Positions 61,723 through 64,000 of a stretch of 64,000 nucleotides of DNA are shown here, in pieces (within the stretch, counting starts at the first letter, position 1; the number at the start of each line of letters is the position of its first letter). The stretch is from the NCBI GenBank assembly GCA_963799625.1, contig CAWCXU010000002.1, forward strand, positions 419,285 through 483,284. Direction: 5' to 3'. A program made the translations under genes and the position numbers. Source of the stretch: an uncultured Actinomycetes bacterium. Lineage in GTDB: Bacteria; Actinomycetota; UBA4738; HRBIN12. Under the pieces are notes generated by a model. That model did no database searches. It was not told where the DNA came from and saw only the letters and a list, made by a program, of their open reading frames with translations.

Positions 61723-62270
61723 CAGGCAGCACCCTTCGCGGCTTTGCCGGCCTTCTTGCGCACGTACTCGTTCTCGTAGCGGATGCCCTTGCCCTTGTAC
61801 GGCTCGGGCTTGCGGATCTTGCGGATGTTCGCGGCCACCTCGCCGACGAGCTGCTTGTCGCTGCCGCGCACGACGATCGACGTCGGCGCCGGCACCTCGA
61901 ACTCGATCCCGTCGGGTTGGGGCACGAGCACCGGGTGCGAATAGCCCACCTGCACCTCGAGGTCCTTGCCCTTCAGGGCGGCGCGGTAGCCGACCCCGAT
62001 GATCGTCAGCCGCTTCTCGTAGCCGTTCGTGACGCCCTCGACCATGTTCGCGATCAGGGAACGGGACAGGCCGTGCAGCCCGCGGTTGAAGCCTTCGTCG
62101 TCGGGGCGCTCCACCACGATGCGGCCGTCGACGACAGAGACCCGCATGTTCGTGTGGATCGGCTGCGTGAGTTCCCCGCGCGGCCCCTTCACCGTGACGA
62201 CGTTGCTGTCGCTCACGGCGACCTCGACCCCACTCGGGATCTCGACGGGCTTCTTCCCGATCCGGCTCAT
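61722..62270 (-). CDS. rplF: 50S ribosomal protein L6
   Basis: [36 protein letters not shown]… matches L6. Confidence 0.95.
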   Translation of the reverse strand: MSRIGKKPVEIPSGVEVAVSDSNVVTVKGPRGELTQPIHTNMRVSVVDGRIVVERPDDEGFNRGLHGLSRSLIANMVEGVTNGYEKRLTIIGVGYRAALKGKDLEVQVGYSHPVLVPQPDGIEFEVPAPTSIVVRGSDKQLVGEVAANIRKIRKPEPYKGKGIRYENEYVRKKAGKAAKGAA

Positions 62271-62312
62271 ATCTCTTCCCTACCCACCCTCGCTGCGCTC
62301 ATCCCGGCTCGA

Positions 62313-62738
62313 TCACCACACGTAGGCGAGGATCTCCCCGCCGATCCCTTGCTTGGACGCCGACCGGTCGGTCATCACACCGCGCGACGTCGAGACCAGC
62401 GCGACCCCGAGCCCGCCCATCACGCGCGGCAGCTCGCCACGGCCCCGGTAGATCCGGCGCCCGGGCTTGGACACCCGGCGGATGCCCGTGATCGTGCGCT
62501 GCTTGCGCGGGCCGTACTTCAACCGGACGCGGAACGCCTGGTGCACGCCCTCGCCTTCCTGGTCGAACCCGTGGATGTAGCCCTCTTCCTGCAGGATCGC
62601 GAGGATCGAGCGCGCTTGCTTCGACACCGGCGCGAGCGTCTCGTCCTTGTACGCGATGTTGGCGTTGCGGATCCGCGTGAGGAGGTCGGCGACCGGGTCG
62701 GTCACGTTCGACGACACCTTCTTGACCGTGGCTACCAT
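62313..62738 (-). CDS. rpsH: 30S ribosomal protein S8
   Basis: …[42 protein letters not shown]… matches S8. Confidence 0.95.
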   Translation of the reverse strand: MVATVKKVSSNVTDPVADLLTRIRNANIAYKDETLAPVSKQARSILAILQEEGYIHGFDQEGEGVHQAFRVRLKYGPRKQRTITGIRRVSKPGRRIYRGRGELPRVMGGLGVALVSTSRGVMTDRSASKQGIGGEILAYVW

Positions 62739-62917
62739 GAGGCCTTCGTCACCCCCGGCAGCTCTCCCAGATGCGCCAGCTCACGGAAGCACATGCGGCA
62801 CAGCAGGAATCGCTTGTACACGGCGCGCGAGCGCCCGCAGCGCTGGCACCGCGTGTAGGCGCGCACGCGGTACTTCTGCTGCTTGCGCTGCTTATTGACC
62901 AATGCCTTCTTCGCCAT
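62732..62917 (-). CDS. rpsZ: 30S ribosomal protein S14 type Z (zinc-binding)
   Basis: [61 protein letters not shown] is 61 aa with CxxC…CxxC. Confidence 0.93.
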   Translation of the reverse strand: MAKKALVNKQRKQQKYRVRAYTRCQRCGRSRAVYKRFLLCRMCFRELAHLGELPGVTKASW

Positions 62918-62943
62918 GTCCTATCCCTTGGTCTATCCGGCGC

Positions 62944-63516
62944 TCAGCTCGCCGCGGCCTCGCCCCGCACGAGCGGGAACCCGAGGGCCAGCAGCAGCGC
63001 GCGGCCGTCGTCGTCGGTGCGGGCGGTCGTCACGATCGTGATGTCCATCCCACGCACCTTCAGCACCTTGTCGTAGTCGATCTCCGGGAAGATCAGTTGC
63101 TCGGTCAGCCCGAACGTGTAGTTGCCGCGCCCGTCGAACGAGCGCGGGTCCAGCCCGCGGAAGTCACGGATCCGGGGGATCGCGATCGAGACGAGCCGGT
63201 CGAAGAACTCCCACATCCGGTCGCCCCGCAGCGTGACCTTGACCCCGATCGCGTTGCCCTCGCGGAGCTTGAACCCCGCGATCGACTTGCGCGCCTTCGT
63301 GATCACGGGCTTCTGGCCGGTGATGGTCGTGAGGTCCTCCACCGCCGCATCCAGCATACGGCCGTCCTTGAGGGCGTCACCGACCCCCATGTTGACGACG
63401 ATCTTGTCCAGGCGCGGCACCTGCATCACGTTGGTCAGGCCGAGCTGGTCGCGCAGGGCCGGCACGAGCTCCTCGCGGTACCGGGTCTTCATCCGGGGCA
63501 CGTAGGTGTCAGCCAC
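62944..63516 (-). CDS. rplE: 50S ribosomal protein L5
   Basis: …[38 protein letters not shown]… matches L5. Confidence 0.95.
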   Translation of the reverse strand: MADTYVPRMKTRYREELVPALRDQLGLTNVMQVPRLDKIVVNMGVGDALKDGRMLDAAVEDLTTITGQKPVITKARKSIAGFKLREGNAIGVKVTLRGDRMWEFFDRLVSIAIPRIRDFRGLDPRSFDGRGNYTFGLTEQLIFPEIDYDKVLKVRGMDITIVTTARTDDDGRALLLALGFPLVRGEAAAS

Positions 63517-63853
63517 CCGTCAGCACCGCCTCGCACTTGCGGCAGATCCGCACCTTGCCGTCCTCGGTCGTCTGGTGGCCCACCCGCGTGAGCTGGTGGC
63601 AGTTCGGGCACACGAGCTGCACGTTCGAGATGTTCACGAACGTCTCGATGTCGATGATCCCGCCCTGGTTCAGCTGCTGGCCGGTGCGCGTGCGCTTGGC
63701 GCCCGTGCGGGTGTGGCGCTTGGCCATGCCCACGCCGTCGACCATCACGCGTCCCTCCTCGGGGAGCACGCGGAGCACGCGGCCCTCCTTGCCCCGATCC
63801 TTGCCCGAGATCACCCGGACCAGGTCGTCACGTTTGATGTCCACGGTCGGCAT
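63509..63853 (-). CDS. rplX: 50S ribosomal protein L24 with a C-terminal Cys4 (CxxC…CxxC) segment
   Basis: The KOW region is …[32 protein letters not shown]… The C-terminus reads …[30 protein letters not shown]. Confidence 0.93.
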   Translation of the reverse strand: MPTVDIKRDDLVRVISGKDRGKEGRVLRVLPEEGRVMVDGVGMAKRHTRTGAKRTRTGQQLNQGGIIDIETFVNISNVQLVCPNCHQLTRVGHQTTEDGKVRICRKCEAVLTGG

Positions 63854-64000
63854 CTACAACACCTCCGGGGCGAGCGAGATGATCTTCATGAAGCGCTTCT
63901 CGCGCAGCTCGCGCGCGACCGGCCCGAAGATGCGGGTGCCGCGCGGGTTCTTCGCATCGGTCGTGAGGATCACCACGGCGTTGTCGTCGAACCGGATGTA
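63854..64000 (-). CDS. rplN: 50S ribosomal protein L14, 5' end outside the window
   Basis: Manual translation gives …[25 protein letters not shown] with a stop at 63854-63856, 2 nt beyond the rplX start. Confidence 0.85.
   Translation of the reverse strand, partial: YIRFDDNAVVILTTDAKNPRGTRIFGPVARELREKRFMKIISLAPEVL

Overview
Very GC-rich actinobacterial chromosome segment, almost entirely coding and mostly on the minus strand. I found no rRNA, tRNA, CRISPR arrays, transposases or integrases. Positions 10k-64k follow a conserved actinobacterial backbone. It begins with a ribosomal-protein cluster running rplN-rplX-rplE-rpsZ-rpsH-rplF-rplR-rpsE-rpmD-rplO-secY-adk-map, with infA-rpmJ-rpsM-rpsK-rpoA-rplQ-truA downstream. 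Then come rplM-rpsI, glmM, glmS, acpS-nnr-alr, tsaE/tsaB-rimI-tsaD and groES-groEL with a perfect CIRCE operator. This backbone is interrupted by accessory insertions. The first is an ars island (arsR-arsM-aquaglyceroporin-oxidoreductase, with arsC nearby). The second sits between map and infA: an ABC-2 exporter, a LolA-like protein, an approximately 1200-aa NHL-repeat/Ig-like secreted protein and an M23 peptidase. The third is a block of DUF1345, DUF4337, nitroreductase, MFS transporter and dioxygenase genes, plus a large adenylate-cyclase/AAA/TPR regulator. Positions 1-9.9k hold an exopolysaccharide-type locus with a Wzy-like polymerase, a GT4 glycosyltransferase, a sulfotransferase, a Wzc-like tyrosine autokinase and a priming sugar transferase. 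Embedded in that locus is the most unusual feature: a four-component HprK-related-kinase pair, a nucleotidyltransferase and a PqqD-like module, with an adjacent Tat-secreted Cys-rich small protein. Two atypical LuxR response regulators follow immediately downstream. Conserved motifs of many accessory genes fall in two to four reading frames. The sites I examined lie in G/C homopolymer runs. No core gene shows such a break. Coordinates of gene starts are approximate where alternative starts exist.
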